64,000 nucleotides of DNA from a virus: IMG/VR virus record IMGVR_UViG_3300045988_105290; one strand, 5' to 3'. Numbering within the stretch: position 1 is the stretch's first letter; the number at the start of each line of letters is the position of its first letter. Under the pieces are notes generated by a model. It was not told the DNA's origin. It did not search any database and saw nothing but the letters and a program-made list of their open reading frames with translations. This document shows positions 26,641-36,934 of the stretch, piece after piece. Made by a program: the position numbers and the translations under genes.

Positions 26641-28390
26641 ATTGCAGGACGTGCAGTATTCGTCATATTCCGACATTTTCGGACGCTTCAAAAAGCTTTC
26701 GGAACAGTATGGCGGAATGCCGATGAACAGCCTGATGAGCGCATTTTCTCGCACGACGGGCGCACAGTATTACCGAAACGACCCTTACATCCAGAACCGC
26801 CGCGTGCAGGCGATCTCTTCGCTGCCGAACGAGTTTTCGAAGAACAAAGTGGCAGAAATGCTGACAAGCCCGCTTGCCAACGAGCGGGGGCTGCGGCAGG
26901 TGGAGCACGCGCTGGAATACACGGCGTATCCGCTCTTCCACACGCGGAAGATGTATCAGGATCTGCTGACGTATCACAGTTACATCGTGCCGGAATTCAC
27001 CGACAAGGACGCTGCGAAAAACGACGACTTCTGGAGGGAATGGAAACTGCTGGAAAAGCTGCGGCGCAAGCTGGACCCGAAAACCACGGCGCACAAGCTT
27101 GCCGGTCAGGCGGTGCAGGAGGGAAAGGTATTCTACTATCCGCGCATCAGCGTGGACAAACCGCACAACAAGGTGGATTACGCTTTTATGCAGCAGCTTC
27201 CGTCCGACTGGACGAAGATCGTCGGATTCAACAGCGTGAGCAAGTACACGGTCGCCTTCAACCTCTTCTACTTCCTGCGGCCGGGGTGCTTCCCGGAGCA
27301 GTTTGGCGACCTCTTTGAGCCGTATCTTGACACCTTCTCGATGGTGACGGACAGAGCGCCGAAGGGCGTTGGGAAAAAATATGTCTACGCGGAGAAGGGC
27401 ACCGTGGACATGGGGAGATTCCGGCAGATCGTGCAGGATAACCCGCAGGGGCTTGCGGGAGAGCCGGAGGTCTACTACCAGAACGGAAAATGGTTCTACT
27501 GGGTGACGCTGCCCGTGGACAAGATTTTCACCTTCGAGATCGATGACGCCAATACGACAGCAGTTTCTCCGCTGACGGGGCTGTTTTTATCGCTGCTGCA
27601 AATTGCACAGTACGAACAGATCCAGTTGGAGCTGGTGCAAAACCCGCTGATCTCACTCTTCACGGGTGAGATCCCCTACAAGCAGAAAAACGATCAGACT
27701 GCCATTGAGGACGATTACCGGCTATCTGATGCGGGGCGAAGGCTTTTTGAATACCTGTGGTATCAGATGCTTTCCGACAGCAACACGAGCGGCATCGGGT
27801 GGTTTACAGCACCTGTCGCAAACATCAAAATGCACCAACTTGCAGAAGCGCCGAGCGCAACGAAAATTTCTTCTGCGGGCTATGGCTACACGATGGCGAA
27901 GGCAGGACTTTCGGCTCTGATCCCGACGAGCGACGAGCCACGCGCGGGCGTTGCGAACATCAGCCTTCAGATCGAAAGCAAATTTGCCGAGCAGATTTAC
28001 CGCTGCTACGAACGGATGATGCAGAGCATCATGGACGGCCTGAATTTGAAGTATTCGTGGAGATTTGAGTGTTTCGGCAATATTGCGGAGGACGCAAACA
28101 CGCTGAAAGCGGCCAAGGAGGGCATGACGCTCGGCATTCTGCCGCAGACGGTCATTTACCTTGCATTGCACGACATGAGCGTAGTAGACGACCTGACGCT
28201 CTCGCACGCGATCAGCGAAAGCGGCGTGCTGGATCTTCGCATCCCGCTCGTTTCGACGTATTCCGCGAAGCAGGGGGACAGCAGACTGCCGCCACAGGCG
28301 GCACATGACGCAAACCCCGGCGGACGGCCGGACGCGGAGGGGAAGAAGACAAGCGAGGGCGCCGAGGCGGGCATTGATGCAAACGGCTGA
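26612..28390 (+). CDS. Portal protein
   Basis: 592 aa, by position after the terminase and by size. Confidence 0.75.
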   Translation: MEEKLNLTTELQDVQYSSYSDIFGRFKKLSEQYGGMPMNSLMSAFSRTTGAQYYRNDPYIQNRRVQAISSLPNEFSKNKVAEMLTSPLANERGLRQVEHALEYTAYPLFHTRKMYQDLLTYHSYIVPEFTDKDAAKNDDFWREWKLLEKLRRKLDPKTTAHKLAGQAVQEGKVFYYPRISVDKPHNKVDYAFMQQLPSDWTKIVGFNSVSKYTVAFNLFYFLRPGCFPEQFGDLFEPYLDTFSMVTDRAPKGVGKKYVYAEKGTVDMGRFRQIVQDNPQGLAGEPEVYYQNGKWFYWVTLPVDKIFTFEIDDANTTAVSPLTGLFLSLLQIAQYEQIQLELVQNPLISLFTGEIPYKQKNDQTAIEDDYRLSDAGRRLFEYLWYQMLSDSNTSGIGWFTAPVANIKMHQLAEAPSATKISSAGYGYTMAKAGLSALIPTSDEPRAGVANISLQIESKFAEQIYRCYERMMQSIMDGLNLKYSWRFECFGNIAEDANTLKAAKEGMTLGILPQTVIYLALHDMSVVDDLTLSHAISESGVLDLRIPLVSTYSAKQGDSRLPPQAAHDANPGGRPDAEGKKTSEGAEAGIDANG

Positions 28391-28407
28391 AAAAGGAGAT
28401 GAAGACG

Positions 28408-28941
28408 ATGGCAAAGGCAAGAGAAATCTTTACATACGACGATGCGCGATATGCGCCGCTGCGCGACGCGGCACGAAATGCAACAAGAGCCTATCAGGAT
28501 GCGGCGCGCGGACTGGATACGCTCAAGGAGTGGGTGCTGATCGAGTTTGGCCTGATGAACTTATCGAATGCGATCCACGCGCTGGCACATGAACAGCCGA
28601 AGCGATTCGATGTGATCGGCGACATTCTGCACCAGCGGCATCTGATGCAGGAATATCCGGCGACGGAGGAATACCGGGCGCGGCCTGCAAATCTTGATGA
28701 CGTTTTTGAAGAGATCATCCGTATGCTCGACCGCATCGAGACGGCGCTCAAGGAATGTGTGCGCGTTTCGGACGAGCAGGGGCTTTACCCGCTGGGGAGA
28801 GCATTCGAGAACCTGCAAATGCAGAACAGCGAAAGCTACGAGACGTTCCTGTACGCATGGGAGATGTTCGACGAGACCGACGGAAGCGCCACAAGCTATG
28901 ACAACTGGGTGCGGGCGCTGTTCAAAAACGAGGGGGAATAA
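28408..28941 (+). CDS. Hypothetical head-module protein
   Basis: 177 aa from the ATG 9 nt after GGAG; the ORF track starts at 28399. Confidence 0.55.
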   Translation: MAKAREIFTYDDARYAPLRDAARNATRAYQDAARGLDTLKEWVLIEFGLMNLSNAIHALAHEQPKRFDVIGDILHQRHLMQEYPATEEYRARPANLDDVFEEIIRMLDRIETALKECVRVSDEQGLYPLGRAFENLQMQNSESYETFLYAWEMFDETDGSATSYDNWVRALFKNEGE

Positions 28942-28944
28942 GAA

Positions 28945-30330
28945 ATGCCATTCAGAACAAGAGAACGACCGCCCGAGCGCGTGAAATATTCCGGAGAGCT
29001 GCGCGTGATGCAGAAGCTCGGCCCGTATGAATTCGGCGTTGAGCTGTGGCTGATGCGCGACGGAAGGAACCGGAACAAGTGGGACTACCGAAATCTCGAG
29101 CGGTATTACCTGACATTTGTGGGGCAGCCCATCCTGTGCGCTTACATCGGGCCAAAGGTCGGCGACGGACACAATATGTCCGAGCGCGTCGACCCCAGCA
29201 CGGGAGAAAAATACTACAGCTTCACCGATGGAACGGCGGAGCGAATCGTCGGAACGCTTTCCGACGAACCGAAGGACTTTACCCTTGTGGAAAGGGATGG
29301 TCATACATGGATCGTGGCGAAGGGAAAGCTCTACTCTTTCTACGCCAAGGAACTGGTGGACAAGATCGTGCGGGCAGGGCGCATGGATGTGTCATCGGAA
29401 ACCTTGGTAGAGAAGGAGCATGAGGAAGACGGCTACGCGGTATTTACCGAGTGGACGGGCATCGGCGTCACAATCCTTGGGGATGACGTTTCCCCGGCGA
29501 TCCCGAGTGCGCGCATTGCGGCGCTCAAGGCCATGCAGGAAGAATTCAAAACGCTGAAACTGCGGGCGGCATCGCTGAACGACGGAAAGCCGCAAACCAA
29601 ACAAAACCCTAAAAAAGGAGTGAAAAGAAGCATGAACAAGAAAGCAGCGGAACAGCTCGCTCCGAAGTTCGAGGGCTACAAGATCGTGGCGCTGAGCGAA
29701 GACGGCCTGCGCGTTGGCCTGATCGACCAGACCGGCGCGGCTTTCACCTATGTTTTCAACAGCGAAGACAACGGGGAAGTCGTGGCAAGCCGCATCAAGC
29801 CGTGCTACCTGACGGCAGCCTTCCACTTCGACGCGGAGAACGAAGAGAGCGTGGATGTGTGCGACATCTGCGAGCACGCCTGCGCGTCCATCCGCGACAA
29901 GAACACCGACATCAGTGCACTGCGCGCGCAGCTGGAAAGCGCAAACAACCAGCTCGCGGCCATGCAGGAGACGGAGAACAAGCGCCGCATGAACGCCGCA
30001 AAGGCTGCCGTGACCGAGACGCTGAACGCCTTCAACCGCAACCGCGAGGACAAGATCGGCGAGGATGCGCTTGCCGCCGTCTCTGCCGATGTGGAGGCGG
30101 GCGTTTACGCCAACAGTCTCGACAAGGACGGCAGCTGGATCGGCGAGAAGCTGGTGCGCGACGCAGTGCTTGCCGTGTGCGGCGCTGCGGTGATGGAAGC
30201 AGACGAACGGCGCGCGAACGCAAAGAAGACCCGCTTTATCGGCGAACGCCTGAACAGCGGAGAGCAGCGCGAGGGCGTTGCAAGTCTGCTTGAAAAGTGG
30301 GGCATCGAGACGACCCCGCAGGGCAACTAA
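28945..30330 (+). CDS. Putative prohead protease/scaffold fusion
   Basis: 461 aa, between the portal and capsid genes; C-terminal half is coiled-coil. Confidence 0.55.
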   Translation: MPFRTRERPPERVKYSGELRVMQKLGPYEFGVELWLMRDGRNRNKWDYRNLERYYLTFVGQPILCAYIGPKVGDGHNMSERVDPSTGEKYYSFTDGTAERIVGTLSDEPKDFTLVERDGHTWIVAKGKLYSFYAKELVDKIVRAGRMDVSSETLVEKEHEEDGYAVFTEWTGIGVTILGDDVSPAIPSARIAALKAMQEEFKTLKLRAASLNDGKPQTKQNPKKGVKRSMNKKAAEQLAPKFEGYKIVALSEDGLRVGLIDQTGAAFTYVFNSEDNGEVVASRIKPCYLTAAFHFDAENEESVDVCDICEHACASIRDKNTDISALRAQLESANNQLAAMQETENKRRMNAAKAAVTETLNAFNRNREDKIGEDALAAVSADVEAGVYANSLDKDGSWIGEKLVRDAVLAVCGAAVMEADERRANAKKTRFIGERLNSGEQREGVASLLEKWGIETTPQGN

Positions 30331-30348
30331 AGGAAGGAGTGAACAAGA

Positions 30349-30945
30349 ATGTCTTATATCGCTAAAACTGCATTTGAAGCCCGTATCACGAACAACGAGT
30401 TCAACGAGCTTTGCAACATCACCGGCCGCTATCAGGCTTCCAGCGCGGACGCGGACTGCTCGGCAGGGCTTCTGTGCGTGAGAGGTGAGCAGCTCCCGTG
30501 CGCCGGATTCACCGGCATCAAGAACGAGAACGCATGGTATATGAACGCCGCCGGTGCTGCGGCCAATGTGGACACGCCCGTGTATGCCGCCAATACCTAC
30601 GAGGTGCAGCACCTTTCCGGAAAGAGCGGACAGCTCTACGCCATCGGCACCGAAACGCTCGGCCTCGGCATCCCCGCCGGACGCGACGGCACCTTTACCA
30701 AGATCGTGTTTGATGACGATCACGTCTATCGCTTTGGCGAAGGAAACCTCTCCACCGCCATTGGCACGAACACGTTCTTCACCATTGCGAACGGCCTGCT
30801 GGTTCCCGCTGCGGCGGCGCCCACTGCGGCCGGCTCGATCTATTTCAAGCTGCGCGGCAGCGGCAAGTTCACCGAGGGCACGACCGCAAGCTTCGGCTAT
30901 TACGATCTGGTCGCCTGCAAGGTGAGCGTCGCAGCAGGCGGCTAA
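30349..30945 (+). CDS. Putative head decoration / minor capsid protein
   Basis: 198 aa. Its RBS context AAGGAAGGAGTGAA is the same as that of the capsid gene. Confidence 0.55.
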   Translation: MSYIAKTAFEARITNNEFNELCNITGRYQASSADADCSAGLLCVRGEQLPCAGFTGIKNENAWYMNAAGAAANVDTPVYAANTYEVQHLSGKSGQLYAIGTETLGLGIPAGRDGTFTKIVFDDDHVYRFGEGNLSTAIGTNTFFTIANGLLVPAAAAPTAAGSIYFKLRGSGKFTEGTTASFGYYDLVACKVSVAAGG

Positions 30946-30975
30946 GCGGAAAAGTAAGGAAGGAGTGAATAGAAA

Positions 30976-32199
30976 ATGGCTAAACTGACTCTCAACAACG
31001 TGTCGAAGGACAATTTTGAAGTCCACGGCAACAACGAACGCGAAGACATCATCGCGGCCGGCCGCACCCTCTTTTTTGAGCACTCGGTCAAGGGCAGAAA
31101 CGAGATGCTCGCCGCAATGAACGGACGCGGCACTGCGATGCAGCGCATGACCACCGACGCGGGATACAAGCAGCTCAACGACAAGTTCCAGCGCGACCAC
31201 ATGCTGTACGCGGCGAAGATCGCCTGCGCACAGACCGGCGAGAACGCCCCGAAGAGCTGGGAGGATTTCAAGCGCGACGGAGGACGCTTCTACGGAAACG
31301 AAGCGTTCTATCGCGTGCAGCAGGGAATCTATATGGAGATCCTGCGCCCTATCCTTCCGGCGGTCTACTCCGAGGCTGTCAGCCTGTTTGCCGATACCGT
31401 GGAGGTTGACTTCGGTCAGACGTACATGGTCAGCATCGGCAGCAATGACATCCCGGTATTCCAGGATTCGAGCTGGGGCGCTTCGCGCAGCGTGCCGCGC
31501 AACCGCTTCTACAGCCGCGATTACGCACTGAACCCGCAGCCCAAGAGCTGCTGGATCACGGCAAAGTGGATTCAGCTCGTCGGCAACAACATGGACTTCG
31601 GCGACTTCTTTGCGAACATCGCCGCCGGTATGTACGCCAAGACCATGGGTATGTGGAATCAGGCAATGAACATCGCCAAGGGTGATGTTTCCCTGATCCC
31701 CGCGAACCTGAACTACACGTTCGACACCCAGAACTGGGTGAAGGCGGCAAACAAGGTATCTGCGCTGAACGCAACGCGCATCTCCAACCTGTTTGCGACC
31801 GGAAGCATGGTGGCGCTCTCCAAGGTGCTGCCGACGAATGTGACCGGCTCTACGAACGTGAACATGGACGCCGCCATCGCAACGCTGCTCGGCGCGGACT
31901 ACACCCGCAGCGGCTATCTCGGCGAGTTCATGGCAGTGCGCCTGATGCCGATGCAGGATGTGATCGTCCCCGGCACGCAGAACACTGCGCCCGAGACGCT
32001 GCTCTCCGATACCGACATCTACATGATGTCCTCGAGCGGCAGAAAGCCGATGACCATCGGCTACACGGCGGGCACGCCCATCACCATCGAGATGGACCCC
32101 ACGAAGTCTGCGGACTTTGAAATTGGAATGAACGTCACCATTGCCCTCGACACGGTGGCCACGTTTTCCAGCAAGATTGCCCACATCACTGTGTCCTGA
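30976..32199 (+). CDS. Major capsid protein
   Basis: 407 aa, strong RBS, by position; followed by the GCGGGAGGG/CCCTCCCGC hairpin at 32212-32234. Confidence 0.75.
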   Translation: MAKLTLNNVSKDNFEVHGNNEREDIIAAGRTLFFEHSVKGRNEMLAAMNGRGTAMQRMTTDAGYKQLNDKFQRDHMLYAAKIACAQTGENAPKSWEDFKRDGGRFYGNEAFYRVQQGIYMEILRPILPAVYSEAVSLFADTVEVDFGQTYMVSIGSNDIPVFQDSSWGASRSVPRNRFYSRDYALNPQPKSCWITAKWIQLVGNNMDFGDFFANIAAGMYAKTMGMWNQAMNIAKGDVSLIPANLNYTFDTQNWVKAANKVSALNATRISNLFATGSMVALSKVLPTNVTGSTNVNMDAAIATLLGADYTRSGYLGEFMAVRLMPMQDVIVPGTQNTAPETLLSDTDIYMMSSSGRKPMTIGYTAGTPITIEMDPTKSADFEIGMNVTIALDTVATFSSKIAHITVS

Positions 32200-32424
32200 T
32201 AACGGCGAAAAGCGGGAGGGGCAAACCCTCCCGCCCATACGCGGCGTGCTGATGCAGAAGCGGAAGCGGTGGCTATAGGCAACATCGCGGACGTGTGACG
32301 GCTCGATACCGTCTCGCCGCTCCAACCGGAAAGCCCGTGCCGTAAAGCCGGGACCGGAAAAAGAGGAAATCCCCTGCCTTTAAGTGGAGAGCTGAATACC
32401 ATCATTCTGAAAGGAGATAAAACG

Positions 32425-33273
32425 ATGGGCAAGAAGACGACCAAGAGCGCGGCGGAGCAGGCCGCGAAGATCATTGAGCAGGAGAGCGAGGTCGGTACGG
32501 AGGGCATCGTGGGCGCGGCGGAAGACGGAACGGCCTTTGAAGTCCCGGCGGATGAAGTGACCGCCATCAGTGACGACGGCAGAGAAACGCCCCTGACGGA
32601 GCTGGAACCGGCGCTGAAGGGCAAGAGCGTGACGGTGGAGAAGGAAGCCGTTGCGCAGAAGCTCTATACCGAAGAAGAGGTGGCGGAGATCGCGCGTCAG
32701 GCGGCGGCGAGCGCCGTGGCAGAGGCGATGAAAAATGCGCCGCAGGCGATGACACAGATCGTTCAGTATGGCGCGGATGCGCAGAAGGTGCAGTTCCTCT
32801 GGATGGCAGAGGTGGCGGACGACAACACCGTGCAGTTCGGCGACGGCGGCATGTACGGCAGCATCGTTGGCAAGACGGGCAGCTTTTATGTGCCCAAGAA
32901 CGACCTGAGCCGCATCCTGACGAGCATGAACAGAAAGTTCCTTGAAGACCGCTGGCTGATCGTGGTGAATGGCCTGACCGATGAGGAACGCGAGACGCTG
33001 GGCGTAGACTACAAGGAAGGCGAAGTGCTCGACCGCAAGGCATTTGCAAAGATGGTGGAGCTGGGCGACGAGCTGCTTGAGCTGTATCCCGTGCTGTGCG
33101 AGGGACACAAGCAGATGGTGGCGCAGCGCTACGCGGACGCATTTGCCGCAGGCAGCCCCTATGTGACGCGCGAGCGCGCGGTTAAGCTGAACGACCTGAG
33201 CCGACGCGAAGGACACGAGCGCGGAGATTTTATCCACATCATCGAAGAAATGAACGAGCGCGACGCGAGATAA
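32425..33273 (+). CDS. Hypothetical structural protein
   Basis: 282 aa, AAAGGAG RBS. Confidence 0.55.
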   Translation: MGKKTTKSAAEQAAKIIEQESEVGTEGIVGAAEDGTAFEVPADEVTAISDDGRETPLTELEPALKGKSVTVEKEAVAQKLYTEEEVAEIARQAAASAVAEAMKNAPQAMTQIVQYGADAQKVQFLWMAEVADDNTVQFGDGGMYGSIVGKTGSFYVPKNDLSRILTSMNRKFLEDRWLIVVNGLTDEERETLGVDYKEGEVLDRKAFAKMVELGDELLELYPVLCEGHKQMVAQRYADAFAAGSPYVTRERAVKLNDLSRREGHERGDFIHIIEEMNERDAR

Positions 33274-33301
33274 TTCGCCGCGCGGAACGCAGGAGGGAAC
33301 T

Positions 33302-34981
33302 ATGGCGAGCGTAATGCAGGGCGATGCTTACAGCATCCCCGTGACGATCAAATCGGGAAACGGGACGCTGATCACGCCGGAGATCGCGGCGTGCGTGGAA
33401 ATCACGGTAGGGCAGTTCACAAAGCGGTGGCCGGGACAGGTGACGTTTGATGAAAAGACGGGCGAATGGAAGTTCCCCGTGACGCAGAAGCAGACATTCC
33501 GATTTGCCCCCGGCACTGCCGTGGTGCAGGCGCGCGTCGTTTTTCAGGACGGCTCGATCATGGGCGGCAGCGGTGCGCCGGTTCGCGTGGAGCAGAGCGC
33601 AAGCCGCGGCACACTGCCGCAGCCGGAGAAGACGGAAGCGGTGACGGGAAGCGCACCGAAGGCAACAGAGGTCACGATTCCGACGGTTCACGACATCGAC
33701 ATTTCCCTCCACTCGCAGGTCATCCTTTCAGACCCCATCAAAGCACCGTACATCGGGGATAACGGGAACTGGTACGAGTACGACGCCGCGACAGGAACGT
33801 TCGTCGATACCGGCACAGCCGCCTCCGGTACTCCCCCCATCACCCCCGACACCGCCGGTAAATATCTGACCAACGATGGCAGTAAGGCAGAGTGGGCAAA
33901 AATCGAGTCCAACCTTTTCCTTGTTCATCTCATTCAAGGCGAGCTTGGTTCTGACGGCAAGCCAATATATACGGTTGATAAGACTTTTGCTGAGATTAAA
34001 ACTGCATGTGACGCGGGTAAAAAGGTTGAGCTGATTCCGCCTGCGAATGACAAGAACTTCTTTATGTCGGTTGGTACGGTCCCGTTTGAGGTTGTAAACA
34101 TAACTACCAAGGCGATTAATTTCCAAAGTTTCGGCGTATCTTCCGTTGGTATTGACCTCATCCCACCTTGGACACTTGGTGGTATACCAATGGGGGTTAT
34201 CAATGTTAGTATTTCTCCTGATGAAAAAGTATTAGTTGATTTTCCTTTCTTTGTAGACGGCGATACTGAAATGCCAGTATGGGACGTGATCCAAAGGCTA
34301 CCGCAGCAGTATATCGTTGCTGTGACTGCTGGGGCGGACGGCACTCTGAGCGCCAACAATACTTTGTATCAATTACAAAGCGTGGTGCAGGCATACGGCT
34401 TTATAAATGATATTATTGGGACTGCATTGATTAACGCAGTCTATAACGGAAAGTTATATTACATGTCTGCCTCAAAAGACACTTCTGCGACCTTTACCGC
34501 CACAACTGAGAACGGCCTGGAAACTCTAACTGTTTCAAATGACGGTAAAGAGGGCAGCACGGATGTATGGACGCATGAGGTCACTCCTTTTGACAACAAA
34601 GTTGTTGTGACGTTGGCGTACCAAAATGGCAAATATAGGCCGTCGATTAGCGCCATAGCTATCGACAGCGCTGCACGAGCTGGGAAGAATGTTGTCCTGG
34701 AAAATCCTAACAGTGGTTATGAAATTCCACTTGTATATAGTTCGAGTTACGATATTGGCTTGGCTACATTTACTTTTGTGGAACAAAAGTCTTCCATCCA
34801 TCAGCGGATTAGTCCGCCTGATGTGGTCACTTGGGAAATTCGAGGGGAAGGCACTGCCACACTATATCGGACACCCCTTCCTCCAGCTGTTTCTTCCTCT
34901 GACAATGGAAAGTTCCTGAGAGTGGTGGACGGTCAGTGGGCGGCGGAAGCCGTCGCCAACGCGAATGGGGTGAACTTCTGA
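33302..34981 (+). CDS. Fibre-like protein with BppU-N-like N-terminus and an AT-richer C-terminal module
   Basis: 559 aa. N-terminus MQGDAYSIPVTI...; junction motif GKYLTNDGSKAEWAKI. Confidence 0.7.
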   Translation: MASVMQGDAYSIPVTIKSGNGTLITPEIAACVEITVGQFTKRWPGQVTFDEKTGEWKFPVTQKQTFRFAPGTAVVQARVVFQDGSIMGGSGAPVRVEQSASRGTLPQPEKTEAVTGSAPKATEVTIPTVHDIDISLHSQVILSDPIKAPYIGDNGNWYEYDAATGTFVDTGTAASGTPPITPDTAGKYLTNDGSKAEWAKIESNLFLVHLIQGELGSDGKPIYTVDKTFAEIKTACDAGKKVELIPPANDKNFFMSVGTVPFEVVNITTKAINFQSFGVSSVGIDLIPPWTLGGIPMGVINVSISPDEKVLVDFPFFVDGDTEMPVWDVIQRLPQQYIVAVTAGADGTLSANNTLYQLQSVVQAYGFINDIIGTALINAVYNGKLYYMSASKDTSATFTATTENGLETLTVSNDGKEGSTDVWTHEVTPFDNKVVVTLAYQNGKYRPSISAIAIDSAARAGKNVVLENPNSGYEIPLVYSSSYDIGLATFTFVEQKSSIHQRISPPDVVTWEIRGEGTATLYRTPLPPAVSSSDNGKFLRVVDGQWAAEAVANANGVNF

Positions 34982-35703
34982 TGGCACAAAACGAATATTT
35001 GGTCGATGGCGCTGATATGACGTCCGTTGCTGATGCTATCCGTGAGAAGGGCGGCACGACCGCGCCGCTGAGCTTTCCCGAGGGAATGGCAAGCGCTGTG
35101 AGGGATATCCCGTCTGGCGGGACTGACCTCTCCCTCGGCATCACAGGTGCGGCCGTCGGTCAAATCGCCAAAATCACGGCGGTGGACACCGACGGCAAGC
35201 CGACCAAGTGGAAGCCGGTGGATATGGCGGGAGGCGGGAGCGAAATCACACAGCTCGAATTGCTACTGGATTTAACGCTCGATAGTGCTTCGGCCATCAT
35301 CGAGAACGTCGACTTTAGCAAGCACAGCAAGCTGGTCATCTTGATTGGCGGGGAAAAGGGGGAGGCAGCAATAAGTATGCCTTCCGGCGATCTGTTCGCG
35401 TGGGGATATCAGTTCGAAATCGCCTATTATTCTTTGTTCCTGCCAGCGGCGAACACGACTTATCCTAAGGGAGGAGTGGCGTACTATGTCACACGGATCG
35501 CACCCAATGTAGCTCGTGTCGATTTTTGCAAGACCGCCGTAACCGATATATATGTCACCAATAAGTTACAGATGAACTCATCGGCAATCGACACCCCCAA
35601 AACCGGCAATTGCCTCGGCACTTTGACGGACAAACAGGACGGTGTGTATTTGAGATTTTCGGCGGAGGTTGCTAACGTAAAATTGCAAATATTTGGAGCG
35701 TGA
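34981..35703 (+). CDS. Fibre-associated protein
   Basis: 240 aa, ATGA-type overlap with the upstream gene; LVDGADMTSVADAIREKGGTTAPLSFPEGMASAV motif. Confidence 0.6.
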   Translation: MAQNEYLVDGADMTSVADAIREKGGTTAPLSFPEGMASAVRDIPSGGTDLSLGITGAAVGQIAKITAVDTDGKPTKWKPVDMAGGGSEITQLELLLDLTLDSASAIIENVDFSKHSKLVILIGGEKGEAAISMPSGDLFAWGYQFEIAYYSLFLPAANTTYPKGGVAYYVTRIAPNVARVDFCKTAVTDIYVTNKLQMNSSAIDTPKTGNCLGTLTDKQDGVYLRFSAEVANVKLQIFGA

Positions 35704-35707
35704 CGAA

Positions 35708-35893
35708 ATGAAAATTTATGAGTATGGCATCTACCGCGACATGACCCCCGAAGAAATCGCGGAGATGGAAAAGCTGGCAACCGAAATGCCCGCGCCTGAA
35801 CCCTCGCCCGAAGAGCGCATCGCCGCGTTGGAGCAGGACAACGCCGAGTTGCGCGAAGCAATGGAGGCACTGTTAAGCGGGGTGACAGCATGA
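35708..35893 (+). CDS. Hypothetical protein
   Basis: 61 aa. Confidence 0.45.
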   Translation: MKIYEYGIYRDMTPEEIAEMEKLATEMPAPEPSPEERIAALEQDNAELREAMEALLSGVTA

Positions 35894-36066
35894 GCGAGCT
35901 GAGAGAGCGAGTCATCGCGTACAACGCCGAGATCAAGGCCGCACTGCAAGCGGTCTACAACGACCTCAACCAAGGGCAGCGCAAAAAGCTGCTGCGCAAT
36001 CCCGCCATCCGCGCAATGTTTGCGCGGTACGGGGTGGAGGCGGATGCGAAGAGCGGGAAGGAGTGA
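35890..36066 (+). CDS. Hypothetical 58-aa protein
   Basis: ATGA overlap; MSELRERVIAYNAEIKAALQAVYNDL... Below the ORF-track cutoff. Confidence 0.4.
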   Translation: MSELRERVIAYNAEIKAALQAVYNDLNQGQRKKLLRNPAIRAMFARYGVEADAKSGKE

Positions 36067-36071
36067 GCGCT

Positions 36072-36215
36072 ATGAGCGAGCGGGATATGAACTGCGGAAC
36101 GGAGGCACGCGGGATTCCGGAAGCGGATAACCGCTGCGTCTGCTGCGGAGAGATCATACCGGAGGGACGGATGATCTGCTGGGGCTGCGAAAAGGGGCAC
36201 AGCAAGAAAGGATAA
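36072..36215 (+). CDS. 47-aa zinc-ribbon peptide
   Basis: CVCCGEIIPEGRMICWGC. Below the ORF-track cutoff. Confidence 0.4.
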   Translation: MSERDMNCGTEARGIPEADNRCVCCGEIIPEGRMICWGCEKGHSKKG

Positions 36216-36219
36216 CGCA

Positions 36220-36522
36220 ATGGGAACGAAGTGGAGCGAGATCATCAGCGAAAACGCAATGACGGATATTAACGATGTGCGGCTGATCGAGCTGGCGCAG
36301 GAAAACCCTGCGCGGTTTTTCCGAAAAATGGCGCTTTACATGAAAAACGCGATCCCCATCTTCAATCGCCCGCCCGAGATCCGACAGTGGTTGGAGCTGG
36401 ACATGACGCTCCCTTCGTGGGACGAAGCAAGTTGGGTATCGACCGGCGAAAGCGCGATGGAGGAAACGCAGGTGGCGACCGGAAAGACCGGCTACGGCGT
36501 TTTTTTCCTGCGTGAAGGTTGA
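36220..36522 (+). CDS. 5' part of a split head-tail gene (frame A)
   Basis: 100 aa; ends 14 nt after a T7 run at 36500-36506. Confidence 0.5.
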   Translation: MGTKWSEIISENAMTDINDVRLIELAQENPARFFRKMALYMKNAIPIFNRPPEIRQWLELDMTLPSWDEASWVSTGESAMEETQVATGKTGYGVFFLREG

Positions 36523-36934
36523 ATGGCTCGACAACGGCGAGGCGGTAGAAACACCATATCACGGCGCGAGCTACGACGCGGAGACGGGGGTCGTGACGTT
36601 TGCGGCGCAGGACGCGGCAGGCGTGGAGTATTCGATGGATTTTTACCGCGACGGCGCATTTGCAAAGGAGCTGACAGCGACGCAAAAGCGCATCCTCGGG
36701 CTGTGCGTGGCAAGCACGTGGGACGAACATTTTTTTCGCGACTGGCTGGCTGACGTTGCCAAGGCGCACGACAGGAGCTATGAAGCGCCGAACGAATCGC
36801 AATACATGGAAAAAAGCGTGAAAAAAAAGATGGCGAACCGAAGCCTCCTCAACGAAGAGCTGCGCAAATACGAGCAGGACTGCGCGTATTACAACGCTTT
36901 TCGCGCAGGAAACCGCAGGGAGGGATTCGTATGA
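36512..36934 (+). CDS. 3' part of the split gene (frame +1)
   Basis: Frame is open from 36407. Removing one T from the T7 run fuses it to 36220-36522. Confidence 0.5.
   Translation: MKVEWLDNGEAVETPYHGASYDAETGVVTFAAQDAAGVEYSMDFYRDGAFAKELTATQKRILGLCVASTWDEHFFRDWLADVAKAHDRSYEAPNESQYMEKSVKKKMANRSLLNEELRKYEQDCAYYNAFRAGNRREGFV

Noticed and set aside
29392-32325. 977-aa minus-strand ORF spanning the scaffold, decoration and capsid genes
   Set aside because: It is antisense to well-supported plus-strand genes that have strong RBSs. Its composition is Arg/Gly/Ala/His-rich, typical of the reverse frame of GC-rich coding DNA, and it has no RBS.
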